From assembly GCA_963793305.1 (NCBI GenBank), contig CAWBZV010000002.1:96001-160000 (forward strand): a DNA stretch of 64,000 nt, given 5' to 3'. Source of the stretch: an uncultured Gemmatimonadales bacterium (GTDB lineage: Bacteria; Gemmatimonadota; Gemmatimonadetes; Gemmatimonadales; Gemmatimonadaceae). Numbering within the stretch: the first letter of the stretch is position 1; the number at the start of each line of letters is the position of its first letter. Under the pieces are notes generated by a model, which was not told the origin of the DNA, made no database searches, and saw only the letters and a program-made list of their open reading frames with translations. Position numbers and translations under genes: made by a program. This document shows, piece after piece, positions 22,708 to 32,705 of this stretch.

Positions 22708-22902
22708 GTCGAAGCGGGCCGCGTAGGCCGGCGTGAACCGCGCCGCCTGCGGGAGTGTATCCATCGCTCTCGCCTCGGCGTTGATTTTCTCCACGTCAGT
22801 AGCGGTGTCCGGCTGCGCGGTGGGCGTCGCCGCTGGTAGCTTTTGCTCTGGCGGCTTGGAGCATGCCGAAGCGACCGCTACCAGGAGTACGACTCGCCAC
22901 AT
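22657..22902 (-). CDS. Small putative lipoprotein (81 aa)
   Basis: MWRVVLLVAVASAC lipobox; fills the ~190-nt gap between the GltG-like and TPM genes. Confidence 0.5.
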   Translation of the reverse strand: MWRVVLLVAVASACSKPPEQKLPAATPTAQPDTATDVEKINAEARAMDTLPQAARFTPAYAARFDSLRKVEAELVGAAARR

Positions 22903-23695
22903 GCTCGGAAATCTGATAGCGATCGCGTTCCTCGTGCAGCAGATCCCGCCACCCGTCGGGGTTGTCAACGATTTCGCGCACGTGCTGACCCCGAGCGCGT
23001 CGGCGCACATCGAGCAGATCGCGAGCAATGTTCGGAACAAGTCGCGGGGCGAGATCGCCGTCGTCACGCTCCGTGACATTGGCGACCAGGATCCGGCTCA
23101 GGTCGCACTCCTGATCGGACGCCAGTGGAAAGTCGGCAAGATCGGGAATCCAGGCGATCCGACGCGGAACGCCGGCGCGGTCATTCTCCTCGTACCGAAG
23201 GAGACGTCGGGCGACGGGCGAGGGCATTGCTTCATCGCCACGGGACAGGGCACCGAAGGGTTCATCACCGACGGCGACGCCGGCGATATCTGCCGCGAGG
23301 CGACACCGGATTTCCGCGATCGCGACTACTCCGACGGACTCGACCTCGTCACGTATCGGACGGCCCAGCGTTTCGCCGATGAGTTTCACTTCACGCTCGA
23401 CACCGCCCTCGCTGTGGCTCGAGGCCCCGAGTCTGGCGGCGGCTCGGCGGCGCCATTTCAGATCACGCCAACTGAGCTCTTCGTTGGCTTCATCGTCATC
23501 TTCTTTCTTCTGCGCCTCCTGGTCGGGAGAGGCGGGCGTGGGTGTGGGTGCGTTCCGATACCGCTTTTCTTCGGAGGAGGCGGCGGCGGTGGTGGCTGGT
23601 CCGGTGGGGGCGGGGGCGGGGGTGGAGGGGGTGGCTTCGGTGGATTCGGCGGTGGAGGAGGATTCGGTGGTGGCGGTGGCGGCTCTAGCTGGTAA
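22901..23695 (+). CDS. TPM-domain (TLP18.3/Psb32/MOLO-1) membrane protein with Gly-rich tail
   Basis: VVNDFAHVL, EIAVVTL, WKVGK...NAGAVILL, GQGTEGFITD, TM helix, GGFGGFGGGGGFGGGGGGSSW. Confidence 0.9.
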   Translation: MLGNLIAIAFLVQQIPPPVGVVNDFAHVLTPSASAHIEQIASNVRNKSRGEIAVVTLRDIGDQDPAQVALLIGRQWKVGKIGNPGDPTRNAGAVILLVPKETSGDGRGHCFIATGQGTEGFITDGDAGDICREATPDFRDRDYSDGLDLVTYRTAQRFADEFHFTLDTALAVARGPESGGGSAAPFQITPTELFVGFIVIFFLLRLLVGRGGRGCGCVPIPLFFGGGGGGGGWSGGGGGGGGGGGFGGFGGGGGFGGGGGGSSW

Positions 23696-23703
23696 GATTC
23701 GGC

Positions 23704-24426
23704 GTGCCTGCAAAGACTGACGCCGAGACGGCGCTCGCTGATCTCGTTCAGCAGATGGAGCGCGTCTGGGAGCGCGGCCTGTCTGCTGTGCTCCTTTACG
23801 GCTCAGGAGCAGGCGGCGAGCACATTGCTGGCCGGTCCGACTACAACGTGCTCGTTCTAGTCGACTCGGCCCCGCTCGAAAAGCTGCGAGGGGCCGAGGC
23901 GGCGCTTCGTGGCTGGAGGGCGGCGGGGCATTCGCCGCCGCAGGTCATGACGGTCGAAGAGTGGCGGACAGGCGCCGACGCGTTCCCGATGGAGTACGCG
24001 GATATCCTGGCTCGGCATCGTGTGCTAACCGGTGAACCGCCTTTCGCCGGTATCGCGGTCCGCGCGACGGATCTCCGGCTGCAGCTCGAACACCAGGCCA
24101 GGTCGACGCTCCAGCGTCTGCGCCGGCGGCTCCTGGGGACGTCAGCCGAAACGCATCGTGACGTTTTGGCCGATAGCGTGAGAGAGGTGATGATCGTCTT
24201 CCGTGCGAGCGAACGTTTGCATGGGGCGACGCCGCCAACGGAGAACGACGCGTTGGCGAATGCGGTGGCGGGGCGGGTGGGATTCGACCCCGGGCCGTTC
24301 CTGCGCGCCGTGCAGCACGTCCGCTCCGCTCCGAAGCTCTCCGCTCGCGAAGCGACGGATGTGCTCTCCGGCTATCTGGTCGGGCTGGAGCGCCTGGTCA
24401 CTTATCTCGACGCCTACGAAGCATGA
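23704..24426 (+). CDS. Nucleotidyltransferase-fold protein
   Basis: VLLYGSGAGG...SDYNVLVLV Pol-beta-type motif (second Asp replaced by Asn); ADAFPMEYADI; LRLQLEHQAR. Confidence 0.75.
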   Translation: MPAKTDAETALADLVQQMERVWERGLSAVLLYGSGAGGEHIAGRSDYNVLVLVDSAPLEKLRGAEAALRGWRAAGHSPPQVMTVEEWRTGADAFPMEYADILARHRVLTGEPPFAGIAVRATDLRLQLEHQARSTLQRLRRRLLGTSAETHRDVLADSVREVMIVFRASERLHGATPPTENDALANAVAGRVGFDPGPFLRAVQHVRSAPKLSAREATDVLSGYLVGLERLVTYLDAYEA

Positions 24427-24929
24427 AAAAGGTTCTGTTTCTCGCCCTGACAGCCGCCCTCGCCTGTCACAAAGACAAGCAGCCGCCCGCGACTGCGTCC
24501 GTACCACCGGTCGACACCACACCGGTTGACCTGTCCAAGGTGCAGACCGCGCTGCCCAAAGCAGCACCCGATACGTTCACGCCGCCTCCAAAGCCGAAGA
24601 GCGACGTCGTCCAGGCGCCGGATTTTCCACCCGCGCCCGAGCCGCTGATGGCGTCCGTCAATCGCGAATCGGCGTTCTCCCGGTTTTGTTTCGAGGAGTA
24701 CGGAGAGAAGTTGGATCCGACGCTCCGTGGCGGGGTGGCGATGCTCGTGACGGTCAGCGCCCAAGGCGTGAGCGATGCGAAAGTCGCGAACTCGCGTTGG
24801 TCGTCGAAGCAGCCCGGCGCCGGCGTCGATCAGTGTCTCAACGAGAAAGCCAAGCTCGCGTGGAAGCTGGAACCTGGTGAAGTCCGCTCGGGCCAATACG
24901 TCGTGCAGATGAGTTTCCGGGGGAGTTAA
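24423..24929 (+). CDS. Lipoprotein with AgmX/PglI-like (TonB-C-like) domain
   Basis: MKKVLFLALTAALAC lipobox; Pro-rich linker; RFCFEEYGEKLDPTLRGGVAM...DQCLNEKAKLAWKL parallels the C-terminus of 21700-22707. Confidence 0.75.
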   Translation: MKKVLFLALTAALACHKDKQPPATASVPPVDTTPVDLSKVQTALPKAAPDTFTPPPKPKSDVVQAPDFPPAPEPLMASVNRESAFSRFCFEEYGEKLDPTLRGGVAMLVTVSAQGVSDAKVANSRWSSKQPGAGVDQCLNEKAKLAWKLEPGEVRSGQYVVQMSFRGS

Positions 24930-25498
24930 TGAAAGCGTCGCGCATGGTCGTCGCCGGTTTGATGCTGTCACTCACAGGCTGCGGATACAATCAGATCCAG
25001 CAGTTGGATGAGTCGGCGGCGCAGGCGCAGAAGAACATCGAGGTGCAGCTCCAACGCCGGTCGGATCTGATCGGAAACCTCGTCGAGACCGTGAAGGGAC
25101 AGTCGAAGCAGGAGCTCGCCGTGTACACGGACGTGGCGAAGGCGCGCGCCGGAGTGACGGATGCTATCTCGAGTCACGACCCGGCGCGCGAGGCCGACGC
25201 GAACCTGCAATTGTCATCACAATTGACGATCCTGAATCGCTCTGTAACGGAAGCGTACCCGCAGTTGAAGTCGGATCAGGCGTACCTTCGGCTTATGGAT
25301 GAGCTGACGGGTACGGAGAACCGCATCGCGACGGCCCGGACCGACTACAATCAAGCGGTTGAGACGTACAATGCGTATATCCGGCAGTTCCCGCAGGTCG
25401 TCACCGCACGTCTCTCCGGGTCCAAGCCGCGTGCGTACTTCACGGCAACTGCTGCCGCGCAGGAAGCACCCAAGGTCGACTTCTCGACGAAGCCGTAG
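24929..25498 (+). CDS. lemA: LemA family protein
   Basis: GCGYNQIQ, QLQRRSDLIGNLVETVKG, EAYPQLKS, ELTGTENRIATARTDYN. Confidence 0.95.
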   Translation: MKASRMVVAGLMLSLTGCGYNQIQQLDESAAQAQKNIEVQLQRRSDLIGNLVETVKGQSKQELAVYTDVAKARAGVTDAISSHDPAREADANLQLSSQLTILNRSVTEAYPQLKSDQAYLRLMDELTGTENRIATARTDYNQAVETYNAYIRQFPQVVTARLSGSKPRAYFTATAAAQEAPKVDFSTKP

Positions 25499-27009
25499 CC
25501 TTCTCTTTTTCGTCACGCCGATCCTCGCGGCGTGCCACGACGTCACCGGCACCAGAATCTTCCAGCCGCCTCCCGACACGGCGACGGTGCGCGTGTTGGC
25601 CGAGACGTACCAGAGTCTCGAGAACGATCAGATGCAGGAGTGGGAGGGGACGCTCGGGATGCCCGTCGGCCTCTACACCCAGCAGATGGCGGGGATCGCG
25701 GCGCAGCCCGAGGCGTTCGATCTGTATCGATTCCTCGCGGTCGACGCCGATCCGGGGTTCCAGGCGATTCTCGCGTCGGCGATGAGCGCGCGGACCATCC
25801 AGACGCTCGGGCACAAGATCAACGACTCGCTGTGGGTCGGCATCGGCAAAGTCTGGGAGGCCGCGGCGGTCGGCGATGCCGCATTCGATCTGGGGCGCGA
25901 TCCCGTACACGCAGGCGTTTGATCGGGCGCACTACCCCGATCCCGAGTTCGACCCGCAGCCTACCGTCTATCAGATGGTCGATGCGCAACTCGACTCGGC
26001 GATCCGGTACTATCTCGCGGCTCGAAACGCATTGCCGCGCGGACCGGACACGGCGGAGCTCATCTATCGTGGGCAGCCACCGGAGTCGTTGGCCACGATC
26101 TATACGGAAGTCGCGCACACCCTGCGCGCGCGATACGATCTCCATCGCTCGGGCAGCGATCCGTCATTCTACGCGCTGGCGCTCCAGGAAGCGCAGCAGG
26201 GGATCTCCGATCCGCGGCACGACTGGAATTGGTACAACGACGGCACCGAGCCGCAGAACAACGCGACGTACACGCTCGTGACCGGCCATAGCGCCGGACA
26301 GCTCGCGCCCTCGGCCACGCTGATCAATCTCATGCACCAGCGGATGGCCGAAGGGCTCGACGCGAATCAGGATCGACTCGATTTCTACTTCGTGAGCCTG
26401 GTCAATGCGTCGCTTTCGTGCGACTCGACGTGTGTGGGATTCCGGCCGGGCGGCAATGTGGCCGAGCCGGGGGGTGCCGGGACGTCCGATTTCGACCTGC
26501 TGAATTTCGGCGCCGGATTCCGGCAGCCGTATGTCACGTGGACTGAGACGCAGTTGATCGTGGCCGAGGCGGCGCTGGCGACGGGGAATGCGCTGCTCGC
26601 GGAGCGGGCGCTGACAGCGGTGCGAGCGCACGAGGTGTATGGTGCCGACGTGAGTGGAGACCGGCTCGCGTCCGGTTCCGTCGCCTGTGGTGGCCCGTGT
26701 ACGTTCGTCACACAACGGCCGGTCCCGGCGACGCTTCGCAACATTATAGAAGAGAAGTACATTGACTTGTTTCTGAGCGCCGAGGTCTGGTCGGACTTCA
26801 GACGCACGTGTTTGCCGTACATCGCGGCGGCGCCGGCGACCGTGACGGATTCGGTCCCGCGCGCCGGGAGCTTGCCCGAGCGATTCCCGTACGGGGAGAC
26901 GATAGCGGCCGATCCCAACACGCCGATCGTCGCCCCGACCGCCCACAACGCGGATTCTCCGCGGATGTGTCCGTCGTATTCTTTCTTCGGGACTCCGGCA
27001 GCGTACTGA
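25431..27009 (+). CDS. SusD/RagB-like lipoprotein, paralog of 30515-32113, interrupted by one extra base at ~25884
   Basis: ILAAC lipobox; YTQQMAG. Removing one T gives GDAASIWGAIPYTQAF, matching the paralog's GEAASIWGAVPYSQAF. Start uncertain (GTG 25431 overlaps lemA). Confidence 0.8.
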
Positions 27010-27043
27010 CTAGACTGTATTCTGTCAGTTTGCTAACCACTTC

Positions 27044-27072
27044 TTGACACAGTCGGCTGCCGCCCGTAACGT
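27044..27072 (+). promoter_or_regulatory. Sigma70-type promoter of susC1
   Basis: TTGACA-N17-TAACGT. Confidence 0.65.
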
Positions 27073-27085
27073 GGCGCACCGCCAA

Positions 27086-27134
27086 CGACTACGTCCGTAG
27101 TACTACGCAGTTAGTACTAGGGAAATAGTAGTCG
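27086..27134. promoter_or_regulatory. Nested palindromes, probable operator or 5'-UTR hairpin
   Basis: CGACTAC (27086-27092) pairs with GTAGTCG (27128-27134), enclosing the perfect palindromes CGTAGTACTACG (27096-27107) and TAGTACTA (27112-27119). Confidence 0.5.
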
Positions 27135-27190
27135 CCCACCAGGCGGGGTCATTCGCTCCTCCACTCTTACTGCGAGGTGCCGCGAGACCC

Positions 27191-30100
27191 ATGTCCAGTC
27201 AGCGAGGTAGGTTGTTCAATCCAGGCGTCCTATTCATGGTCGCCGCCGCCAGTGTGCTCTCGTTGCCCACAGAGCTCACTGCGCAGCAACCGGTGACGAT
27301 CACCGGTGATGTGACGAGCGATGCGGGCACACCGCTCCCCGATGCCAGCGTGTTCATCCAAACGATGAACTTGGCGACTCAGACTCGGGGAGACGGCAAG
27401 TACACGATCGTCATTCCCTCGGCACGCGTTGCCGGGCAGACGGTCACGCTGTCCGTTCGTCTCGTCGGCTACACCAGCGCGTCGGCCCAGATCACGCTCA
27501 CCGGTGGCACGGTCACCCAGCCGTTCAAGCTCGTCTTGAATCCCTTCCAGCTGGGCACCGTGGTCGTGACCGGTGCGGGCACGCAGGCCACCGTCGAGCA
27601 GCTCGGTACGACGCGGAGCTACGTCACGCCCGAGGAAATCCAGCGCAGCAACGAGTCAAACCTGGTCACGGCGTTGGCGGCGAAGGCGCCGAGTGTCCAG
27701 GTCACATTGAGCTCGGGTCAGCCCGGCACGTCCACGTACATCCAGTTGCGCGGTCTCACGACGCTGACGGCGTCCGACGGCCAACCGCTGATCGTGGTCG
27801 ATGGGTTGCCGATCGACAACTCGAACGTGATGTTCGCGGGAAACGCGCCGGGCTCGGCCGCCGCCGGGAATGGCGGCGCCGAGACGGTGAACCGCGCGAT
27901 GGATCTCAACCCGGATGACATTGAGAACGTCGAGATCCTCAAGGGTCCGTCGGCCGGCGCCATCTACGGATCGCGGGCCGGTCAGGGCGTCATCCTGATC
28001 ACGACGAAACGCGGTCGCTCGGGACAGACCCACTACTCGGGGAAGAGCTCGAACGTCGTGGGACAATGTCTCGAACCTGCCGGCCAATCAGACCATGTAC
28101 AACCTGGGCCAGGACGGCCAGACGTTCTCTTGCGCCGGCGTCGTCAACTGCGCGCCACCGGGCCGCGGTTCGTCATGGGGCGCCGTGATTCCGGCCGGCA
28201 CGCCGGAATACAACAACTACAACAACATGTTCACGACCGGCCACGTGTACGACGAAGCGATCACGGCGTCGGGCGGGAACGATCGCACCACCTTCTACGT
28301 GTCCGGTGCGTACAATCTCAATCGCGGCATGCTGACCGGGCCGAACGACAGCTATGGCCGCACGGCGCTGCGATTCAACGGCGCACAGCAGGTGAACTCC
28401 GATCTGCGCCTGTCGGCGAACGTCGCGTTCTCGGCGTCGAACGGCGACTACCTGGAGAGCAGCAACAGCACGTCCAGCTTGCTCCTCGGCGCCTGGCGCA
28501 CGCCAGCGACGTTCAACAACGCGGCGTATCTGGCCCCGAACGGCGAGCCCGTGTCGACGCGCTTCGAGAACCCCGCGCCGGGCACGGACGAGATCTCGCG
28601 CGTGTACGACAATCCGTTCTTCGTCGCCAACAACCAGAAGAACACCTCCAACGTGGCGCGCACGCTCGGCAACGTCACCGCGGACTATCAGGCGCTGTCG
28701 TGGCTGCGGTTCAGCGAGAACATCGGCGCCGACTACTCGAACGATGAGCGTCTGACGTCGGAGCCGTGGACCTCCGGCAACAGCGCGGGCGAGAATCCGA
28801 TCAGCTCGAGGCTCGCGACGGGCAATGTCAACCAGGGCTACATCAAGCAGTGGTCGATTGACCAAACGATCACCGCGACGGCGACGCATACGTTCTCCAA
28901 GAGCTTCGACGGGTCACTCACCCTCGGCAACAACGAGAACGTGAAGCAATTCAACACCGAATTGACGACCGGCCTCGTGCTCCCATCGCCGCAGCCGTAC
29001 GTCCTGTCGAATACGGCGCTGCCCCAGTCGCCGGGCGTCTACACGTCGGCGATTCGGCTGGCGTCATTCTTCGGGCAGGCGCAGGCCAGCCTGTTCCACC
29101 AACTGACCCTGACCGGTGCGCTGCGCGACGACGGTGCGTCGACGTTCGGTATCAACCAGCAGTTCAGCTGGTTCCCGAAGGTGAGCGCGGCGTGGCAGGT
29201 GATCCGGCAAGGCGACAACAGCAACAACTGGCTCACGAGCGTGAAACTCCGCACGGCGTACGGCGAGAGCGGCACGCAACCGCGTCCGTACACGCTGTCG
29301 AATTCGTTCGGCGCGGGGCTTTTCGGTGACGGATTCACCACCATCAGCACGGCGAGCGTCAATGGCCAGGGTGGCGTCGTCACGCAGGCCATCGAGCCGA
29401 ACCCGAACCTCGCCACGGAACGCCAGAAGGAGTTCGAGATCGGAACGGACATCGGGTTCCTGAAGAACTTCGGCGATCTCAGCTTCTCGTATTATCGGGA
29501 GAACACGACGGGCGCCATCTTCCCGGTGCCGGTCGCGTCGTTCACCGGCTACAGCGAACAGTATCAGAACGCGGCCAATTTCTGGAACCACGGCTTCGAG
29601 GTCGCGTTGAACCTCCGGCCCATCCAGACGAAGCTGCTCTCGTGGGATGTCGGCGTGAACTGGTCCCGCAACCGTAGCGATGTCACGAGCCTGCCGAAAG
29701 GCGTGCAGTTCGTCGACATGGGTGGCACCGGTGGGCTGGGTGGGATTACCGGCGCGGCGCTGGTGGGCCAGCAGGTCGGCATCTGATTACGGCACCGACG
29801 TTGTGCGCTGCGGCCACAATTCGATACTCAACGGCGTCAACCTCGACCAGACCGCGGGCGCGTGCAAAGGCGCGAAGGCCGGTTCGGTGTACCTCGACGC
29901 CACTGGGCTGCCGCAGGTCGATGCAACGGGCTCATACGTCATCGGCGACCCGAACCGCAATTGGATCGGATCCCTGCACACGGGTTTCCATATCCTCAAG
30001 TTCACGGTCACGGCACTGCTCGACGTACAGAACGGCGGCGACAGCTACAACGGCACCGCCGGCGCCCTGAACTATTTCGGCACGTCGGCGGTGACCCTCT

Positions 30101-30498
30101 TGCGTGGCCACAACGTCGTGTACGGATCGAATTACATGCCGGGCCCAGTCGCCGGTCCGGGCGCTGGCAAGTCGGTCACGCTCGATCAGTCTTGGTTCCA
30201 GAATACCGACGGGATCTATACCGGCGCGACCTCGCTGTTCATTCAACCGTCCGGGTTCGCCAAGCTGCGCGAGGTCTCGGTCGGCTACACCCTCGACATG
30301 CCGGCGATTCAGCGGGTGACGAGTTTCTCGAGCATCGAGCTCCGTCTCTCGGGCCGCAACCTCCACACGTGGACGAGCTACACCGGCATCGATCCGGAGA
30401 CCAGCATCCTGGGCTCCGCCTCGCCGATCCGCGGGATCGACTACTTCAACATTCCGCAAGATCGGTCCTATGTCATTACCGTCACCCTCAACCGCTGA
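27191..30498 (+). CDS. SusC/RagA TonB-dependent transporter 1, interrupted by extra bases at ~28052 and ~29784
   Basis: N-terminal extension, TVVVTG box, PLIVVDG, DLNPDDIENVEILKGPSAGAIYGSRAGQGVILITTK, FAKLREVS, GRNLHTWTSYTGIDPE. Three ORF pieces join to about 1101 aa after two single-base deletions. Confidence 0.9.
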
Positions 30499-30514
30499 CA
30501 GGACACCGACACTC

Positions 30515-32113
30515 ATGCGCATTGCACACGCGATCGCACTCGGCGCCGCTGTACTGATCGGCGCGACCGGGTGCAAAGATTACCTGTCCGGCCCGAGCCT
30601 GGGCGGGAACAACCCGAATGCCGTCCAGGGTCTCAAGGACGCGACCTCGCTGTACGTCGGTCTCGAGGCGGCACAAGCTCAGAACTTCGTCTCGCAGTTC
30701 TCGCGGTGGATGGGCGAGTACACGCAACAGACCGCGGGAGTCTCGCGGCAGCAAGCGGGGTACGATATCTACGTGGTCGGCCCCACCGACGCCGACGGCG
30801 TGTTCGCGGCGTTCTGGGCCGGCAACGGCGAAGGCGGCGGCGGCGCCGCCGACGCGCGGAACATCCAGATATTCGCCGCGGCCGCTCATGACTCGCTGTT
30901 CAAAGGCATCGCTATGGTCTGGGAAGCCATGATCATCGGCGAGGCCGCCTCGATCTGGGGCGCCGTACCGTACAGCCAGGCGTTCAATCCGACGACATAT
31001 CCGACGCCGAAGTACGACGATCAGATCACGGTGTTCAAGGAAGTCGAGACCACGCTCGATAGCGCGTTGTTCTACCTCAGGAGCACACCGAACGACGTGA
31101 ATCCGGCCAGCACGAACATCGGACCGACTGGTCAAATCGCGGGTGTCGCGCGCGCCGCCGAGATCATCTATGCCGGGCGGACGCCGTCGCAGCTCAAGGC
31201 GGTCTATACGGCGGTCGCGCACACGCTCAAGGCGCGGTTCTACATGGATCAAGCCACCGTGAACGCGTCGGCCTATGCGAGCGCGCTGGCCGAGGCGCAG
31301 CTGGGGATCGATTCGACCGGCGATGATTGGAACTGGTACGCGAACGCGGCCCTCGTTCCGAACGCGTGGTTTGCGTTCATGGGTGCGCGCGCGGACAACA
31401 ACCCCGGGTCCGCGATGATCCATCTCATGAAGTCGCGGATCGCGGCGGGCCTCGATGTCGACAACGGGCGCTTCGGCTTTTATTTCGCGGATCCGGCGGG
31501 CACGCCCTGCGTCCTGAACGTCGCCGATAGCTTGGCGGCCAACGCAGGCTGCACGGGCAACCGGCCGGGTGCCAACAGCGTCCTGCCGGATGGAAGCGGC
31601 AACTCGAGTTTCTACGCCTTCAACAATCTCGGGTCGCTCAATGCGCCCGGGGTGACGTTCGCCGAAACCTGGTTGATCGTCGCCGAAGCCGCGTTCCAGA
31701 CCGGGAATGCCGGGCTCGCGCAGACCGCGTTGAACAAGGTGCGCGCTAATGAAGTGTATGGCGCCGACGCGATCGATGGCACACCCCTCTGTTCGCCGAA
31801 GTGCGCGTTCACCGCGCAGCCTCCCGTGGCGGCGACGCTCCAGAACATCATGGAGGAGGGCTACATCGACCTCCTCGCCACACCAGAGGTCTACAACAAC
31901 TACAAGCGCACGTGCTTCCCGTGGCTCGCGGCCGCCCCAGCCAGCCTGTCGTCCGCGGTGACACGGGCGAACCTCCCGGGTCGGTTGCCCTACGGATTGA
32001 CGGCGATCAACGCCGACCCGAACACCCCGAACATTGGCCCCACCGCGCTGAACGCCAATCAGCCCACGGCGTGTCCGACTCTTACGTACTCGTCAACACC
32101 GGCCGCGTGGTAA
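30515..32113 (+). CDS. SusD/RagB-like lipoprotein
   Basis: ATG 30515; IGATGC lipobox; WGAVPYSQAF, TLKARFY, ETWLIVAEAAF, LPGRLPYG; directly downstream of susC1. Confidence 0.88.
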   Translation: MRIAHAIALGAAVLIGATGCKDYLSGPSLGGNNPNAVQGLKDATSLYVGLEAAQAQNFVSQFSRWMGEYTQQTAGVSRQQAGYDIYVVGPTDADGVFAAFWAGNGEGGGGAADARNIQIFAAAAHDSLFKGIAMVWEAMIIGEAASIWGAVPYSQAFNPTTYPTPKYDDQITVFKEVETTLDSALFYLRSTPNDVNPASTNIGPTGQIAGVARAAEIIYAGRTPSQLKAVYTAVAHTLKARFYMDQATVNASAYASALAEAQLGIDSTGDDWNWYANAALVPNAWFAFMGARADNNPGSAMIHLMKSRIAAGLDVDNGRFGFYFADPAGTPCVLNVADSLAANAGCTGNRPGANSVLPDGSGNSSFYAFNNLGSLNAPGVTFAETWLIVAEAAFQTGNAGLAQTALNKVRANEVYGADAIDGTPLCSPKCAFTAQPPVAATLQNIMEEGYIDLLATPEVYNNYKRTCFPWLAAAPASLSSAVTRANLPGRLPYGLTAINADPNTPNIGPTALNANQPTACPTLTYSSTPAAW

Positions 32114-32592
32114 CCGGTAGAGACACGCGAAAGCGCGCCGCAGTCCTGGCGCGCTTTCGCCCGTACGGCTCGCTGCTGCTGATCCTCTTCGCGGCGAGCT
32201 GCTTGGATTATCGCGAGTCGCAGTCCACCCACTTCATGCCCGGTCGCGAGGTGCGGATCACGCTCACGCCGGAGGCCCGCACGACGCTCTCCAGTCAGGT
32301 TGGGACGCAGGTCAAGTCGGTCACCGGCCGGCTTCGTTCCGTTGACAGCACCGGGGTCACACTCGCTATGAGCCGGACGGTGCTGATCGATGGGACCGAG
32401 GCCGAGTGGAATGGGGAGGTTGTTTCTATACCGAACTCTGCCATGGCTGTCGTCGAGCAACGCAAGTTCGCCAGTGGCAAGACGATCGCGCTGGTCGCGC
32501 TCATCACGGGTCTCAGCGCGGCGGTCGTGGTCAGCATCGGCTTGACGACCTCATCAAACGGCAGCGGAACGCAGGGAAGTATGTCCAAATGA
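32107..32592 (+). CDS. Hypothetical small lipoprotein/membrane protein (start uncertain)
   Basis: LLLILFAASC lipobox, beta-rich core and C-terminal hydrophobic helix; 3' part of ORF 31801-32592. Confidence 0.65.
   Translation: MVTGRDTRKRAAVLARFRPYGSLLLILFAASCLDYRESQSTHFMPGREVRITLTPEARTTLSSQVGTQVKSVTGRLRSVDSTGVTLAMSRTVLIDGTEAEWNGEVVSIPNSAMAVVEQRKFASGKTIALVALITGLSAAVVVSIGLTTSSNGSGTQGSMSK
32127..32160 (+). terminator. Strong hairpin after susD (terminator or RNA-stabilising stem)
   Basis: GCGAAAGCGCGCC (32127-32139) and GGCGCGCTTTCGC (32148-32160) form a 13-bp perfect stem; no U-tract. Confidence 0.5.
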
Positions 32593-32670
32593 CCGCTCGG
32601 GCCGGTCAATCTTCATGAAAATTTAATGCCGGGCGTAAGCAACGCGGCCATAAGCAATTAGTTGATGTGA

Positions 32671-32698
32671 TACGGACTCCGTACTAACGGAGTCCGTA
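32671..32698. promoter_or_regulatory. Perfect 12-bp inverted repeat, probable transcription-factor operator
   Basis: TACGGACTCCGT-acta-ACGGAGTCCGTA, ending 7 nt upstream of the -35 box. Confidence 0.6.
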
Positions 32699-32705
32699 CA
32701 TATCC

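Noticed and set aside
23572..23690. GGC/GGT-rich low-complexity repeat
   Set aside because: It encodes the ordinary Gly-rich tail of TPM proteins.
29784..29786. TGA readthrough (selenocysteine or recoding) in susC1
   Set aside because: The SusC sequence continues in a different frame, so this is an indel rather than an in-frame stop.
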